Source of the DNA: Ginglymostoma cirratum
Lineage: Eukaryota
NCBI GenBank assembly: GCA_024137785.1
Contig: JAHRHZ010000040.1
Span: 9,527,649-9,591,648, forward strand
Length of the DNA: 64,000 nucleotides
Reading direction: 5' to 3'
In this document: one piece after another, positions 61,451 through 64,000 of the stretch
Layout: each line of letters opens with the position of its first letter
Numbering within the stretch: the stretch's first letter is position 1
Notes under the pieces: model-generated
The model's database searches: none
What the model was told of the DNA's origin: nothing
Seen by the model: the letters and a program-made list of their open reading frames with translations, nothing else
Program-made: the position numbers and the translations under genes

Positions 61451-64000
61451 TTTGAGAGCCCTGTCTCAGGCTGGGCTCAGATCCATGGCTCGTACTTCAT
61501 GAGTAAATCTAGATCACAAACTGCAGCAGATACTTGGATTGCAGAACAAGACTGCCTATTTTTCAAAAGAATCCCATGCTGAGCAAAATGAATATACTGA
61601 GAGTGTGAAATGGGTGCCAGTTCTCTCTTGTAGGGGAGACTTACTCCATGGACTTTTCAATACAAGTCTGTTGGTAATCTCAATCACAAGAGACATTGGA
61701 GTCAAATCTCCAGTGGCGAATTCTTGTGGCTGGAGAAATACAACATGTGAGGGAGTAACGTACACAAAAATGGATGGCAGTGAGTTCCACCAACTGAGAA
61801 AGCTGAGGGTAAATCTCTTGGCCAGGCCAGTTTTGTTTGACCTATGCCTACCTGTTTTTGTTAGGAGCACGTCTGGTCATATTGGTACCATGTATAGCTC
61901 CTGGGCTGGAAGGAGTCTTGCCACATTATAAAGTTGCAATGCTCTGCGATGTTCATGACATTTGTGCAGGAGGAAATTGATGAAATGGTAAACACTGCAG
62001 AACAATCCCTGATGTATTTGATGTATGTGTGTGTTGTTGGTTTGGTCTGTGTTGCAGATATTCTTAGTGACAGCCTGTAATGAATAAGAGTGGTAGTGAC
62101 CTTAACAACCACCATCAGAGTGTATGCACTGTGGGTGGTAGGCTGCAGTGTAACAATGTGACAGCTTTTAATACAAAATACAGTGTCTGCAGGCGCTGCT
62201 TCATGTTTAAATGCAGATAGGAACACCTTTGTCTAACTCAGAGGGACAAATGTGGAGTTTGTCATCCACATTACTCCTCCACTGCTTCCAAGTGGTCAAA
62301 GATAGAGGGTCTGGCCCCTGGAGAATCCATTTTACCCCCTCTGGAGATGGAAGATGGCAGGGCAGGTGCTCCATTGTCAGTGGCAGGGACCAGACAGCTT
62401 GGGGTTGGGCAGTGAAGGCTTCCTTATTTACCTGCACCAGCTCCCCCGGAGCCCCTCTGTGACAGGGCTGCAGCTGTGGCTCCAAGCCATCAGAGGGAAG
62501 GGGTACCCCCTTCACAACGAAGATGAGGCGGCTGTAGGCAAAGCTAATTTTAACCTTTGCACATCTTCTGAGGGTGCCTCAATCTTGAGGCATCCTCGCG
62601 CTCCATTCTGCTGCAGCTGCACTCACCCTTCCCAACAGGACACTAACCTGGGGCATTCATTCAGCCAGTGGCTCCCTGGCCTGCCCACTGTCCCTAATTC
62701 AACAGTGCTCCCGAAGGTGACTTCTTAACTCGCTGTCTCTGGTAAGATAATACAAGCAAGTGGCCCAGCATCACCAGTGACAGAGCAGCAGCTTTGGCCT
62801 AGTGTCGAGGCCAGTAAGATTCTGCCCCCAGGGTCACACTCCACAGCAACCTTCTACCCAGCCTACCTTTGCGGCCTGGAGAAAAGCTGCCTGGAAATGC
62901 TGCCCTCTTCCTGGACCATATGGAAACTACAGTAGGGTCAGCCACATTTGACATCAGCAAGCAAGGGAAAGGTCATCAGAGGGATTGTTAAAAATGGGTG
63001 TCTAGCTCATTAGGTCAGTCTAAGTTGGCATTGGATTTGGGGGGTCCAAAATGGCTCATTAAGCAAATTACCTCATTTTTGAAAAATATCGGCCCTTTCA
63101 CAAAGCAACCAAGGATCTTTATAAATTGTCTGGAAACTCATTAAATCACTGACTTTTTTCCCTTGTACAGATATAACTCCCTCGCACCTCCTAAAAATGG
63201 ACCGCAGGCTGCTTATAGTCGTGTGTTTGTAGGGTCGGTGTCGGCAACTTTGGGACCTGTCAGTCTCTAACACTCAGAGCACCCCTTTCCTGTGCTCACA
63301 GGCCTCCTCTATCCTTTTGCATCGCCTCTTTCCTGTTCCTTCCTTTCTCTTTTTTAATGTTATCACTTCTCAAGCTAATTAAGAAACAAAGGGGAACCAA
63401 CCTTTTAAACAATGTGTGCATAGACAGACTGGTGTGAGGATCTGTTTCCATTTTATGGGGATATTTCATGCCACAGATCTGGCAATCATCTGTCCTGATC
63501 CGTCTGCGACCCCTACCTGCTGCTGGGTGGTCTGTAACTGGCTGTCTATTTGTGTTTCACCATAACTGCTGTTAATAATAACACAAAAGAATGAACATCA
63601 GTTTAACTTGTGTATGCTGTCTTCATTCTAGCCTCCTTGAAGCTGTACCCAATCCTAGAGCTAACCTGTGCCTTTGAAAAGGAACCATCCTTTTTCCCGA
63701 TCATTTTCCTTCAGTTTAGCAAATACGAAAAGGTCTGACCTGATTGGATCGTGATTTCCTGAACAGAAGAAACCACCGAATTGTCCAGAGTTACCTCTTG
63801 GGTGAAGGAATTCCCAGAGATTGTCTCCCACTTGGCCTTTGTAACGCTAGAGGTATCCCTGCTTATGTGGGAAATGGGGCCTCACAGTACCTCCACTGAA
63901 ATTATACCAGCACAGCGGGAGGGACTCTGAAATTCATCATTAACAATCACTTGCTAACGAGTATGATTATCCACCAAGAAAATCCCATGTCACTGGTCAT

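Noticed and set aside
62200-63000. GC-rich ORF cluster with a GKGYPL motif reminiscent of Harbinger transposase
   Set aside because: A single short motif with no other catalytic motifs in frame; probably unclassified transposon debris.
12000-64000. Exons of neighbouring genes such as TBPL1
   Set aside because: No recognisable peptide in any frame I could read. Short or non-coding exons could have been missed.

Overview
This is vertebrate genomic DNA. The repeat content (HE1/V-SINE, abundant CR1 3' fragments) points to an elasmobranch (shark). The only protein-coding gene I can support is the two-exon bHLH gene TCF21 on the + strand (CDS 8372-8833 + 11325-11414, 183 aa), which sits in a CpG-rich domain of about 8 kb. 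The rest is intergenic: decayed LINEs (CR1, L2-like, Rex1/Babar, L1/Tx1), tRNA-derived SINEs, a Harbinger remnant, several repeat-free candidate enhancers and a divergent pair of CTCF-like motifs. The most unusual signal is a dispersed family of at least 13 short (about 90-220 bp) insertions. The best-preserved copies begin with a minimal type I hammerhead-ribozyme motif (CUGANGA, stem II, GAAA, palindromic ACGU). Six copies have 8-13 bp target-site duplications and several form head-to-head fold-back palindromes, suggesting Penelope-like or retrozyme-type elements. Repeat family names come from recognition by eye, not database searches, and repeat boundaries are approximate. Nearly all other ORFs in the track are spurious or are transposon debris.
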